Source of the DNA: Klebsormidium nitens
Lineage: Eukaryota; Plantae; Klebsormidiophyceae
Direction: 5' to 3'
DNA length: 64,000 bases
Assembly (NCBI GenBank): GCA_000708835.1
Contig: DF237009.1
Coordinates: 1 to 64,000 of the forward strand
Shown: one piece after another, positions 21,453 through 39,983 of the stretch
Layout: each line of letters starts with the position of its first letter
How positions within the stretch are numbered: the first letter of the stretch is position 1
Made by a program: the position numbers and the translations under genes
The notes under the pieces: generated by a model
The model's database searches: none
The model's input: only the letters and a program-made list of their open reading frames with translations
What the model was told of the DNA's origin: nothing

Positions 21453-24400
21453 TCACGGATCCGGAGGCACGACGAACTTTTCGAAGTCCGCACCAAGTGA
21501 CGGTGACGGTTTTCTCACGCGTACCAACTCCATTATCTGTACGGTCAAGTCAAGCAACTCCTCGTCCCAGCCACGTGGCCCGATGATCCCGAGGCCCACG
21601 GGACAGCCGTCCACTTCAGCAATGGGGAGGTTTACCTGACAGGAGCGAAAAAGCGTTTGATTGTGACTGCGAAGCCGGCTTGAGGAAGCTAAATTCAAAA
21701 GCTACATTCTGCCTAAGTTGGATCTGGGTTCTTAAGGGAGGTGGAAAAGCAAAATCCGACCAGGAGGAAAGATCAACGGACGGTGACGGACCGAGCAGAC
21801 CGGAAAGAAGGCAGGCAGATAGGCAAGTATTCGAATGATTCGCGATGCAAAGCCGCCTTGAAAGAAGGATTAGAAGAAGGCTACATCTTGCCTCTATTCT
21901 GGATTGAATGAAAGCTGGAGAAGCAGGGCCGAGCAAAACGAATGTGAGATCAGCGGCCTTCACAATCGACCCGAGCACCGGGTAAGAGGCAGACAGACAG
22001 GCAAGCATCCGGTCGTACTCCCTTGAAACGTCAAGAACGAAATCACGGTTGTTTTCGACTTCGTCATTTCAAGATAGTGGCGTCATCCGGTCCGCTCACC
22101 TGCGGCAAACCGGACGGCCCCGCGATGACGGACAGCTGCAGAATGCGGCTCCGGTACGCCTCTAGTTCTTCTGCGTGCGCTTTTTTCAAGGGGGCGATGC
22201 CCGGGGCGCTGGGCACCATCAGGACGGCGCCGTCCGCGAGCAGCGTCCGCATGTGGTCCGAGAACCTGCGCCGTCCAGAGAAGGGCGCTGGTGCGTATGG
22301 GGAAGTTGTTCGAAAGTTGAGACTTGATCTGTTCCACTGACCGACGGAGCAAACCTTTTGTCTTTGGAAATTTCTTGCGCGCCAACCTTTCCTTCGTCGC
22401 CGTCGCCTCCCGCCACAGCCTTTCGGACACTTCGGACGGTCACGGATAGATAGTCCGGATGACGCTTTCCTGACGCCAGTATTTGAAAGATGCTTTGGAC
22501 TGGGAACTTTGGGGCGCCCACCTTTTCCTCGCTGCTGTCGCCTCTCGCCACTGCTCCTCGGCGCTTCGGACGGTCACGAATAGATAGTCCGGACGACGCT
22601 TTCCTAACGCGTAACGGTCCCCGCCAATATTTGAAACATGCTTTTGACTGGGATCTTTGGGGCGCCCCCCTTTTCCTCGCTGTTGTCGCCTCTCGCCACT
22701 GCTCGGACAAGTCGGACGGTATATATATTGTGCGGACGATGCTTTCCGTCCGCCAATACAAGTAATTCTGCTTTAAGTGGGCTCTCTGGGCGCCCACCTT
22801 TCCCTGGCAGCCGTCGCTTCCCGCCACTGCTCCTCGGACACTTCGGACGCGGCCGCAAAGCGTTCCCGGACGCCCGGGCCCAGCTTCGGGTCCTCCGTCC
22901 GAATCCACTCCCCGTGCTGCTGCCAGGCCTCGTACAGCTGCGGGAGAGCCATTGTGTGGGGGCGAAGCACAGTTGTTGAGGAGCAGGGTCGGTCAAACAG
23001 GGCCCCCGCTTAGACTACCGCAGACTTTCTTCCTCATTGTTTGTCAACATCTTCGATTAATCGCTCTCCATTTACAAATGGGAAGTGAATGTACGGGATC
23101 CAATACTGAAGCAACAGTAAAGCCAAGTGCGGGTGCCCTTCCGTCTCTGTCAGATGCCTCAAAGATGCTTGGAACATGGGAAAAAACTGCAGACGTGTTC
23201 TTGGCGCGTCCTGTCTTCCCCAAATCTTCCCATACCATGGCTCCTATTTTCAGTTCAGTTTGAAGAGTTATCTTTGAGGTCGAAGTTGCTAACCTCTGCC
23301 ATTGGCCCACTTAAGCGAACTTCTCATGGCGCATTCCATTCATCTCTTCTCGGCGCTTGTTAAGGCTTTCTGCGCTCTGTTACGTGGAGGAAAAGTTGCA
23401 GGTCTTCAGTTGTCCGTTCGTTTCTCATTCTCAAGCTCCCCTGAACGCTCGGCAGAAATCTCAAAAACACTCGGACCCCCAACGTACAGCTCACCTGTAT
23501 CGTCCGTGCGTGCTCCATCCACTTTGCCAAGCCCCCCTCTTCCGTCGCTACCGTAATCTCCTCCGGAGAACTCAGCATCTCGCAAAGCGCGCTCATATGC
23601 GGCAACAGTTCGTCGTAGATTGCCTTCGCAGCTGCTTCGTCTGCCAGTGTGAATGCGTCCGTGGCTACCAGCCACCGTTTCAGCTTCCGTTCCGGCCGGG
23701 GCTTTCCGTTGCCTGACGTTCCGGCCGGAGAGCTTGTAGGTTCCGCCGAGTTCCGCTCCTCCAGTAGGCACGTTCCGCTCAGGAGGACCTCTCCGACGGA
23801 ACGGAAGATGTGGGGGTCATTTGCGAACCAGCCAACTAGAAGGAGAAGTGAAGTAAGGTGAGGAAGCAAAAGAAAACGAGGCGCAGAATGTGGATCGTAA
23901 CGGATATTGTAGAGCCTTTTACGAGGTGCATTGGAGGGTCCCTTTCTTGGAACTTCGCTGTGTCGAGCTGGAATGATCTATACACCTGGGACGTTTCACC
24001 GAGCACCGTCGTCCTCGTTTTGTGCAAGTAAACCAGCAAAGGCGACTTTGACACTACTTGCTGGCTTACTCGTCAGAGCTCAGCTTTCACACCGGTTACC
24101 ACAAAAAATTGGAGAAGGCAGAGCGGCACAAAATTTCCACAACTATCGCAGAACGTGGTTCAAATCACGTTCTGTTCTTCAGAAATCTCAAAAGAGTAAG
24201 AAGCTTCTATGAACATTGCGTCTGAAAACCGACAATTGTCAGAGACTCAGCCGCCTCGCAAGCTCCCCGTCGGCGTTGACCAATCTCACAGAGTTCGAGG
24301 AAGAACGTGCATCGTACCTGCATCTAGAGTAGGCTGGAGGGGTCGCGCCCCTTCCATCGAAATACGCCCATGGCTCGGCCGCATTCCCAGGACGCCGCAG

Positions 24401-25658
24401 TGGCTGGCGGGCACTCTGATCGAACCTGCCGTGTCGCTGCCAATTGCAAAGTCCACCAGCTTTGCTGCCACCTGAGAGCGGGCGGCAACTCAGCTTCGAG
24501 ATTCGCCGCGATCTAAAAAGCGCGCGAAGTGGGGCGTAGGGCGTCATGCTGGCGGCGTTGTCGGAGAGTGATGATGGCACGACGTAACAAGCTGAGTATC
24601 GTTCAGTAGATTCGACTCATGCGTCCTGAATCAGAACTAAGGTGCGCGTGCACGGGTAGACACTCAGTTCAAGATCATTTGATGCTAACCAGCTTTATTG
24701 TTGATCAATGGGTCGACCCAAATCGAGCCTTCCATATCTTCAATTGCAGATGAAGGCCAGACTAGAATATGAGTTGAGAATGGGGAGTGGAGCTTACGGC
24801 TGCGGCAGAGCCTGAGGACGAACCCCCTGGAATTCTCCCAGGCGCCGCAGGGTTAACTGGAGTGCCGTAGTGGGCGTTCACACCAGTGAGGCTGAAGGCC
24901 ATTTCGTCCATCACTGTCTTGCCGAGGAGGGTCGCACCCGCATTCAAGAGTGCCTGTGAAAAGCCGAATTTGGGGTGAAGATCTCTTTGGCAGGCTGTGA
25001 GATGTGTTCTCTATGGGGTCTAAGATCGACCACTTAGATCAGTAGAAGGCCCCCCAAATGGGGGCGGCAACAAAGGACTGATGGACATCACATGGTGAAG
25101 AGAAGTGATTAGGACCTGTCTGAAAACATTGACGGACAAGAACGAACTTGCAGAGGGAAGGATACTGCTCAGCGCTGGCCTTGTGAACCAGAGTTGGTAT
25201 CAGCAGCCGAACAATGTGTGCTGTTAGGCCCTGTTTGTGCAGGTTAAGCATCTGATACCCCCTGACACCGATGCTGATGAGAGACTACACAAACACCAAC
25301 GCAGCGCTTTCGTCGATATCGGGGCCGCCTTTCTTGACATCGGTCTGCCAAACCCGGTCTCCCCAACCTAAGCATCTGCTGGCTTCAACATGATACCAAG
25401 AAAGGATACGCACAGTATGTCAACGGCAGTGCTCACGTCAACAATTGGGGCCGACTTTTTCGGCACCGCGTGCGTCTTGCGCCACGTCGGGCTGCCGAAC
25501 CCGGTCGGTACGCCCTGGACATCGTACATGTCCTTAAGCGCAAAAGTTAGGCCCCAGAGAGGACCCGTGTCTGCTCCACACACCCAGCAGTCATCGTCGC
25601 TGTGCCGAATGAAGATGTTGTCCTGGAGGCCCTTCAGCTGCGCTGTGGCCATCCCCAT
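21453..25658 (-). CDS. Amidase signature family protein, AMI1/Toc64-amidase-like (7 exons, ~453 aa)
   Basis: Exons 25658-25437, 24953-24798, 24471-24318, 23835-23495, 22937-22798, 22265-22100, 21635-21453. Motifs [59 protein letters not shown]. The Lys-Ser-Ser triad residues are present. Confidence 0.92.
22380..22830 (-). repeat. Tandem ~130-bp array echoing the amidase exon-5 3' end and donor
   Basis: GxGGCGxGAxGCGACxxCxGCxAGGxAAAG|GTxGGCG copies with donors at 22797 (real), 22521 and 22386. A third echo near 22670 has lost its GT. Confidence 0.85.
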
Positions 25659-26614
25659 CACCCGGCAGATTATGCTCCCGCGTCTAATTGCGGCTCTGGA
25701 GTGTCTGGGAGTGGGACTGGAGAAGGGAGAGGCGTCCCTCTCTCTAGATGTGGCATCGGATTGAGGAATGGATGAGGGGGAAGCGATGGTGTCATAAGAG
25801 TGTGCTCTAATAGAAGCGCAAACATGGCGCCGCGTAGTGGCAGAAAAGTTGCTGAGGTCATCTGAGGGAGCAGAATATGCTGGCCGCTTCAAGACTCTTT
25901 CATGTCCTGGACGCTTTGCATTTGGATTTCGGCCCTGGAAGAGAGGGGATCCAGGAAGGAACGTCGACTGGAAGCCCGAGAGTCCACCAGATTGGCTGCT
26001 GCGAAACGATTCTCTTAGCAAGCTCCCGTTTGTGCAAGAATGTATCGTGCAAGAGCTCGTCGCCATTATGAGGGCTCTGTTGAAAAAACTTTCAATGCAC
26101 CGTCAGATCATCTTGGATGCTACTTCTTCTATGTGAATCACCGTTCTTGCATAGGTGGGCTTGCTGTCCTAGGACGTTATGTAGCAAAGCGATCTAGATG
26201 CTCAATTGCCACAGCATTGAATGATCCTCCATGCCAGCTTGCGCTCCACTTTCTGAGTTTCTCCATGTTGGTTCATGCCACAGGAGCTCTAGCTCTAGCT
26301 GTGAATTTTGGAAAAACCAATTTCAGCAATTTGACGCGCCATTGCAGGCCTCGTATACGGTGCTCGGAAGGGACAAACCGGGGCCTCGCAAGCGACCATT
26401 GAAGGGCCTCAAAATATCAAGTGTCGCTGTAAACATGCCCGGTAGAAACGGGTTTACTCATGTTATGAGCAGTTTCAGGAGCAGATTACCTGAGCAAAAT
26501 TTCCAATTCTAAGTTTTAAAGTTTAATACCATCCTGCTGCCAGTGCTGGAAAAGCTGGAACGCGGTGGTGCCAAATGGTGGTGCAAGAGCAAGGGTCCAA
26601 CGCATCAAGTGGAG

Positions 26615-29600
26615 ATGCAGGCGGAAGACGGGCCTGAAAACCTGAGCATCTACAAGCTCTCGAGGCTGATCAAGCGGGAGCAGAACGACTTGTACAACAG
26701 CCTGCGAAGCATCTATGCGGATTCTCTCTTTGTTTCAGAGATCCGCAGGCAAGTCTAAACTCTCTCTTTAATCTTCAACGCATTTGCAATATAACTTCTA
26801 AGGTGGCTGAAGATCTCGTCTGTGCTGTCAACCGGTTACATCTTCAATAGGTGAACAACGATGTGACTTCAGGAACCAGGTACTTTGTAGGCCTCATTCT
26901 CAACCAAGCCAATCATTTCACCACTTTTCACTGCAAATCTCTAGAGTTGGCCATCCGGTGTGATCTTCAGTATATGATGCAGTATCATACTGCACCACCG
27001 CATACATTTAAACGGTCAAAGTATAAGTTGATAAGTCGTCTATCCAGATGGTGATCATCAGAAATGTCAGCGGCAAGCTCCAAGCTCATTGTATGAACCA
27101 TTTGCCTGCACCACCCTGTCGCACAATCTCCTTTAAACAAAGCCTATCTTGTTTGGCAGGGGTATCAGCTTGAAGGTTTCAGGCTGTGTAAAAGCCTTCA
27201 GCTCTTTCATTTTCTTTTTCACGAACATCAGCGCTGTAGCTCTAGAACGACTTCTGACTGTCGGCCCTTAGAACGACGTCTCTCCCTCCGTCACGAGCGT
27301 CTCTAAGTTCTGCACCAATAGCCAAATGCAAGACTTTTCGCTGTTTGGCAGGCTCTACCCCTCCTTGCCCCTCCTCGCCAACCTACGCTGCGGCATCTGG
27401 TACTCCCCCCACTTCGACGGGAGCTGCTACTTCAAGTCCACAGATGGCCACACCGGCAACTGGTCTTTCAGCTGCACGCGCCTCAACATCCACGTGGCAG
27501 AGCTCGCTGCACGGCATGGGGGGTGCATAATCGTGGACGCAACTCGGAGGGGAAAGAGGTATCCGGATAGCTTATCAAAGACTGTCCCAATATGGTGCTG
27601 CGTTCTCAACCGAGCTCTTGAGGAGATCAGGAGAGAGGAAGGGAGGGGAAGCGAAGCAAAGGCGGGTCCAAAGGGCTTAGCAGAAAGGGGTTTGATTAGA
27701 GAAAGTGGAGAGAGTGAGGAACTGAGGAGAGATACTGGGGGCCGGAGGAGGAGTTTGAGGGAAGATGAAGGAGGGGTGCGAAGCCAAAATGATGAAAGTG
27801 GGGGCCAAAGCGAAGCAAATGAATCAGCGGCGGCTGGTTTCGTTGTCAGCCTGGGCGGGCCCGCGACTACTAATACAGATAGAGACAGGTGCCTTCAGTT
27901 TGGAAGTCAACAGGATAATTCACGGGGGAGGGGGCAGGATCACAAGAAGCAACAAGATGACGCCGGTGAAGACGTCAGCTTGGCTGTCCTTTCCGATAAG
28001 AATCTCGAGGGGAGTGAGCTGGAAGCAGGGTCGGAGGGTGGAATCGCTTCTGGGGCAGTTGAAACGGAGACCGAAACGGGGGAAGAGGCAGAGAAGGTCG
28101 AGGACTGGATGACGTTGCGCCTGCCACTGTGGCTGTCCCCAACCGAAAAGGCGGCGATCGAGAGTCGGGTTGAGGGATGGGTCGAAATCTTGAAAGTGAG
28201 CCGACTGGTTTTCTGCGACGTATACTTGATTGTGCTGGTTTCCATGGTTGCTCGCTTGTACTGTGGCTACCCAGCTGTGGCCGCAGCCACGAGATTGGTG
28301 GCGTTAAAGTCCAACACTGCAGCTGAAAATCTAGCCCGTCAAGGCCCAACCCACAGAACCACTTTCTTCCACCTTCGAATCCTCGTGATCTCAATGACTA
28401 CGAACCTGCGCAGTGGAAAAGTCTGGTTGAGATCCCACACAATTGTGAAGGATTGTTTAAAGTTCGCGAATAAGATTTCGCGAATAAGAGTCCTTGAGAT
28501 CAGGATCCCTAAACCCCAAAACGTCCTGCAGACCTCCGGCGCCGACCTCCGCCCCCTCGCCGGCGCCCTGCGCAAGCCGCTGCGCCCGCTGTGGGTCTCG
28601 CAGCGCACAGTCATCTGGCTCAACGAGGTCGCTGACGTCAGCACGCTGCCCTTCACGCCCGTCATCTGCCTGTCGTCGTCAGACCCGGTGGCACTTCCTG
28701 GCCACGTGGCAGGGGGGGGCTCCGGTTGGAGCTATGTTCCTGGGGCGGGGGACGACGAGGAAAGCTGGTCTCGAGTGAGCGGACTACGTCTGACTTGTAT
28801 CTTTGAATCGACAGAAGATACAAGGCTATCCCGTTTGAGTCGTTGGTAGACACAATTGTCTGCGTTTTGTTGCTTCTGAGTCGCCAGGTGGATCGAATCT
28901 CGGGTTGTTGCTTTTTGAACCGTTGGCGTGTAAGAGCAGCTCGTATTGGGAGCTTCGGAATCGGGAAGCTGCGCCAAAGTGGGTCTACCCTAAAGAAGGA
29001 CGCAAAGGCTTTTCGTGTTCGGGAGCAGATGCCAACGGTGTACAGCGTTCGGGGAACTGGTGACTGGGTCAACGTTTCCTTGGACAGCCGGAATTGCAAT
29101 CAGAAAAATAAAGACTTATAGGATAGGACTGCACTTGCACTCGTATCTCCATGATTGCGCTCAAAGAGGAAGACTCCCGTTCCGCAGGGCCTCAGTCCGG
29201 CGGCATTCTGGCGGAACGTCCACCACATCCTCGACGCGGGGCCGTCCGGATGCAAGGGTGCCGTGGCGCGCCTGGTCGAGGAAGAGCGCGTGCGTGTGGC
29301 GCTGCGCAGCACGGGATTCGGGCCGGTGGCGGAATCCGCGCGAGAGGGTCACCGAGCGGAACGGAAGCTGGACGGAACGGGTGGGGAGAGAGTGCCGGAC
29401 GGCTCGCACGGAGATCCGTACGGAGGGAACAGCATAGGAAGGGAAGGCAGGGAAGGGACGAGAAGAGTTCCGGACCGGAAGAATGGAGTGGCTGGAACGG
29501 AAGAATCTACTGGCGAGGTGGAGAGGCTCTCCGATGAGCCAGGTGGGCGCTCGACAGAGGCGTCGAGAAATGAAAGGGCAGCGCCATCGGTCCGAGGGGA

Positions 29601-32033
29601 GTCAGCGGAGGATGATGTCAGCACGGAAAGGGGCCCATCGCAGAATGCGGGGAGGACGGGAAGCGCCGCGGAGGCGGAGTCCGTACTCAGTCGTTCGGAC
29701 GGGGTTCTGACCGAATCAGTGGGTTCGTACGAGCTGAGTGCGGGTCACCGGTTCCCGCGTCCATCCAGAGATGAAGCACATGCAGATGACGAGAGGAGGG
29801 GTGGTGCCGTGGAATGTTATCCGTACGATGACCGAGGAATGCGTCAATCGGACGGTATCGGACGCGGGGAGCTTGGAGAGGCGGTCGAAGGAAGCTGCGG
29901 ACGGCTGAGCTTCATCGGAAGTACCGGGTTGGCAGTTGGAGGCGCCGCTTGCTGTGAGCGACGTTCTCGAGCACTCTGTTGGCAAATTAGCTTCTTTTGA
30001 CTTTCCTTCTTGCGGGTCGGTTGTTTCTGCTTCAGTTCAGGGGCTCTGAGTCCTTCTGCCACGAGGATAAAGCAACTATGCTTGCCAGTATATCTGCGAA
30101 ATAATCACAGTGTTGGTGAACAAGGCGGCCAGACCGGGGCCGCCGAAGGTATCATGTCCTTCTTTCGTAGCACAGCTTTCGTCTTAAAAATGTTGCTCCT
30201 TTCCATAAAGCTGCAGAATGGCTCGCTGTGTTAGGTTATAAGAACCTGTTGTTCAAGCTGGTAGCTCACAGGCATCCGCTGACGTCGGCTCCGTTGATTT
30301 TCCGAAGCAAGGTCGCCTTGAATTGCTGACGTGGCACCACACCTTCTTTTCAGGCGAAGATCCGGAGGTGTGGCGATTTGTTGACGCCATCCTAGACTGC
30401 TCCCCGGCACCGCACCGTGGGTGCGCAGAAAGAAAGGGGCAGTACGTGCACCTGCCGATTCAGGTGACGGTCATTTCTTCGACCTGATTTTCGCTTCGCG
30501 GGTTGTCAAGGTTCCCTGTGATTTTTATCGGAAGTTGCGGTTAACTTTTTGTTGTCGTGTGGAGTACGGAATCTGATCACGGGTTCATCAGCTAAAGCGC
30601 CGTTACTGACACCAGCTCTGGAAAGCGACATTCTGTCTAAGGGGTAACACATTCTGTTTGGCTCCTTCTTTTGATCAGAAAAGAACCGCTGCTTTAGTGA
30701 GGTACTTCAGGAAGCCCTTCGACCGGATTGATTCCGGTTGACAACCGACTTGTCAACTGCCCTGAAATCTATCGGGTCTTTCTTGTTGCAGGGGTCCAAG
30801 TTCGACCGCCGCTCCCTGGAGCGACACCTCCCGGACGCCGTACGCTTCTGCCGGACGCAATTCGACGTCCAAAACAAAGTGATCATCGTTTGCAAGGACG
30901 GTAAACTTCTGCTTTAACCACATGCGCTCTCCTGCTGAAGCTGATCAAAGCTTTTGGTTCGTGCTTGGTTATTGTTCTGGGGTGGACTCTCGATTTCGGT
31001 GTTTTCGTTCCGGTGTGGTCTGGTGTTTTCGTTCCGATGTCTCCGTGCCGTGTGGGTCGAATTCCGGCCTGTGGTGCTTTGAATTCGGCAGAGTGATCAA
31101 GAGCGAAGATGAGAGGCGACTGTGACTTTGCAAACGGACTCGGCAGATAGGAGAGATTCAAAGGCGGGAAAGTCCTCGGAGTGCAAGAGAGACGTCGCCT
31201 CGTGGGCGGTCCCCTTATGGGCAACAGCAGTCATTGAATGGGCGACGTCAGCCTATTTGTTAATCTGATGTGAAGTCTTTGTCTAGTACCCGGGAGTCTC
31301 CAAAACCAGGAGTTTGAGTGGCGACTCAAGCAGGGGTTGCCACGTGTTTCCAACTCGTTAACTAGGGGAAGTCGTGACCAGGACACCCTTTGTAGGGAGG
31401 CGGAGTCTCTTTCAAAGAGCCTCTTAAAGCTGTGCCTCCTCCCTCATTCGGGCCGGGACAGCTGTACTCTTCGTCGACACCTTGAACAATCCTCTCTGAT
31501 TGGATGCCCGGTCTTGCAGGATATGACGTCAGCGTCTGCGTGTGCCTGGCTGTCCTCTTGTCGTGCTTCGACACGCGAGGTAGATTCACTATCTCGCCTT
31601 TCTTTCGCTACTTCATCTGCATCTCGTTGATTGAAGCACTTCGAGCAAAGGTGAATTGGGCAAGCAGTCTCAGAAGGAAAAAGCTGTTTCCGTTTTGCCG
31701 AGATCCTATGGGCGCTCAACGCGGAAAGCTCAATTCAGAAAGCCGTCTGCATGCGTTCCCGGCTTTTTTGCGGCAACCCTCTACGTTCTTGAAACTGGAA
31801 GTTCTTTTGGGTACCCGACCTTCTACCGAGTTCGATTCCACCGAAAGCTGACCCTGTCCTGTCTGGTGTGTCATCCAGGCAACTACGCACGTGATTGCGA
31901 ACTCAGGCACGTGACAAAGTCTATGGTCCGGCAAGGGCTTGCCTTCCTCTCGTCGTACTATTCCGATGCGCGGCCCTCGAGGGGCAACTTAAAGCAGGTT
32001 TTTCACTTCGTCAATGAGAGCACTGATCTGTAG
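26615..32033 (+). CDS. RIT1: tRNA A64-2'-O-ribosylphosphate transferase (8 exons, ~806 aa)
   Basis: Exons 26615-26748, 27352-28195, 28532-28774, 29188-29953, 30354-30463, 30792-30900, 31520-31579, 31879-32033. Motifs LYNSLRSIYADS, LLANLRCGIWY, YFKSTDGH, IVDATRRGKRYPDSLSKTVPIWCCVLN, YVPGAGDDEESW, ARPSRGNLKQV. Intron 1 is GC-AG. Confidence 0.92.
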
Positions 32034-34842
32034 ATCGACAGGATAGGGGAGAGTCGGAGACTGTACAAACTTCAATCGAGTTCGTACGTAACATTGATAC
32101 CGTTGCTTTCATAAATAGCAGGTGTCAAGTATCAAGTCCCAAATCGATAAATGTTTGCCGCGTCGATGAAATGTGACCAATGGGGCGCGCGATCTGGTTC
32201 AATGCCTTGGATGATTGTCTCATTAGTTTTGAGTCGGACTATGGAAAACGCCTTTGAATGCATGCATGCCCGGCAGCTAGGACTCTTGCTTTATCACGTA
32301 ATAAGCCCTCAGTGCTCCGAGTCACCGCCATCAGTTTTGGCACATGTTTAATATGCACCTGCGCGTGAAGAATGAGGCACATTAGATCAACAATCTCAGT
32401 GCGCTCCGCGACATAAAAAACTAATTCTTAGATTGTGCAGTCAATTCTTACATGTGCGTAAGCGTCCACCTAATTGTGCACATCTGGGCAGTAACCTCTG
32501 AAAATTCGGTGGTCACAGTTGCCACAGATTCTTTTCAAATCAGTCGATTCGATTAGATCATGGGCATGTAGAAGCGGAACCATCGCGCGTTTCGGATGGC
32601 GGCAAAATATATGCCATGCATGGTTGTTGACCGGAAACTAGCTTGATGAACGCAGCTTGCAAAAGCTACATCACTGTCACTGCAGCATCATTGCATGAAG
32701 AGATAACTTCTGAACCACTTGTAATCGAAGCACTGACTGCCGAGTAGTGAAGACATACTACTTCCGGCCCAGACTGTCAACAAAACCATGACCGGCCTTT
32801 ATCAAAAGGCTTCAGTGTGATCGAAGGCCTTCAGGACTTCATCTCCGTAAGCAAGTACAACGTTGCCTGGTTTAGAAGACTAGGACTTGAAACAGGCTTT
32901 TTTTGCATCGGCATGGTTAGCAAGACTATGCCAAGCTTAGAGTTAATTTCAACCATGGCATCCGTGATTGAAGTGCACTTAAACTCGCCTCAATCGTCTT
33001 CTGTTAGTTTTGGCAGACGGAAAGTATAGCCAGACTTGATAGGCTCCTCGGGTGCGTAGGCCAGGATAGATGTACAGATTTTATGCGCTTCTGGTTTATG
33101 TTTTTCGTGTTACTGAATAGTAGATCTGACCAACTGCAGCTGTACCAATCAGAAACAGAAGCGTCAGCTTTCTGGAAAGGCACAAAATTTCATTGACTTT
33201 TGGAGGCCACCCCGCCAGTAGGGGGTTGTTCTGTAGGTACAGGCAAATTATCATGGATTACAACTTAGACTCCAAACCATGTGCTCACACCATCCTTTCT
33301 GATACATTCGCACGCTTTGTAATCAGTTTCCGGTGGTCAAGCACTTCAGCTGAACCAGCTGAATCTCCAACAATCTCCAATCTGCATCTCGCACAGCAGA
33401 AGACCGGTCTCACGCAGGAGAAAGAGGGTCTCAAAGAAAGTCACAGCACTTACATGCAATGACAACCGCTTTCAACCCCAACCCGAAAGTTTTCATGGTG
33501 GTCACGCCCTCATGAGAGCCCTGAAAGTTCTTCAATGCTGCATCCTCTTCAAGAAGCTGCAACAACAAAACTTTAATCATCAGTGCCTTAATCCTGGCCC
33601 GACCATACCCAACATTGAGCCTTGCTGTTCCAAAGATTATTGAGGGCACTGCATCCCGAAGAAGACATCGAACTGAGTAGAGTGCTGGAGACAAGAGTGC
33701 TAAGCAGGACTTGTAGGAACCACGTCAATAGAATAGGTACACCTTGATGCCACCCTCTGATAGTCCGCCTGACTCTCCTTTGTCAATCAAGATGGAGAAG
33801 TCGGTGCAGTAAAACTTGGTATTGTCGAAGCCTGTGATGGGAGAGACCTTGCAAACATGCATTTGAGTGTCCTAAATCCACCAATTGTCAACTGGTGATG
33901 AAGCTCACTATCTGCTCTCTTGCACCATTTGCTTGCATCACTGGTGAGGTTGAAACGCGCCTCCGTGCGACCAATTCCCAGCACCGAGCCCTGGCCAAAC
34001 GGGAGATCACCGGCTGAACAGCCTGCATCGTCGCCTTGTTTCTTGCTTAAGCTCAGCAGTATTTCTGCCACCTAAAAATTCAAAAACTTCAAGATGGGCG
34101 ATGAGAGCACTCAGCAAAGTGCACCGTTCAGCTTTCAATTCATCAAGTGTTTGGGAGCGTTTCAAGAATTCGTTTGCACTCGTTTGCATGCCAGGTACTT
34201 GTATTGCGTTCAGACGCAATCCTACAGAGCTGAGGTTTGCCAAGGTGGGGTTTGTCTGCGTTTGAATGTTGGCCGGACAGGCTGCGCTTTGTTCACTCTC
34301 CTCTCTGTGCGCTGGACATGAACTGTGAAATTTGAATCAGAACAGATGATGGATCAATCTGATCAAGGTGCCAGAACTGGTTCATGATAGGGAACTTTCT
34401 CAAAATTTGCCTGACGGTACTATTCGGAAAATCCGGAATATCATCAAGGTTTACGGCATTTGGATGGGCAAATTTCAATCCCAGACCTCTCTGAAATTGT
34501 ACAGCTGACTTTATAATATCTGTATAAAACTCCTCTGTCTTATAACACAGGATCTGCGCGCAGGTTGTATCTTCAAATTGCTGATTTATTAGCTTTCGTC
34601 GGAAACCTTGGTCCTCCTACAAGATGTCCTTCGATCAACTTCATGTCGACAATTGTTCATGCATGGCATCATGCTCATCGTGGCGTGGGCGCCCCGGCCC
34701 CGTCGGGCCCTGGCCCAAGCAGACTGAATCAGTGAATGGAATGCAGCTGAGAATCAGAGCTGCATTGACCAGCAGTGAAGGATTCAGAGGGGCACTCCTT
34801 TCATAATACCCCATTTTTGCGCTCTTGCGTTTTCAACCGCAG

Positions 34843-39983
<5,141 letters not shown>

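Noticed and set aside
31830-31839. tRNA T-loop-like GTTCGATTCC in RIT1 intron 7
   Set aside because: No complementary T-stem, D-arm or acceptor stem can be built around it.
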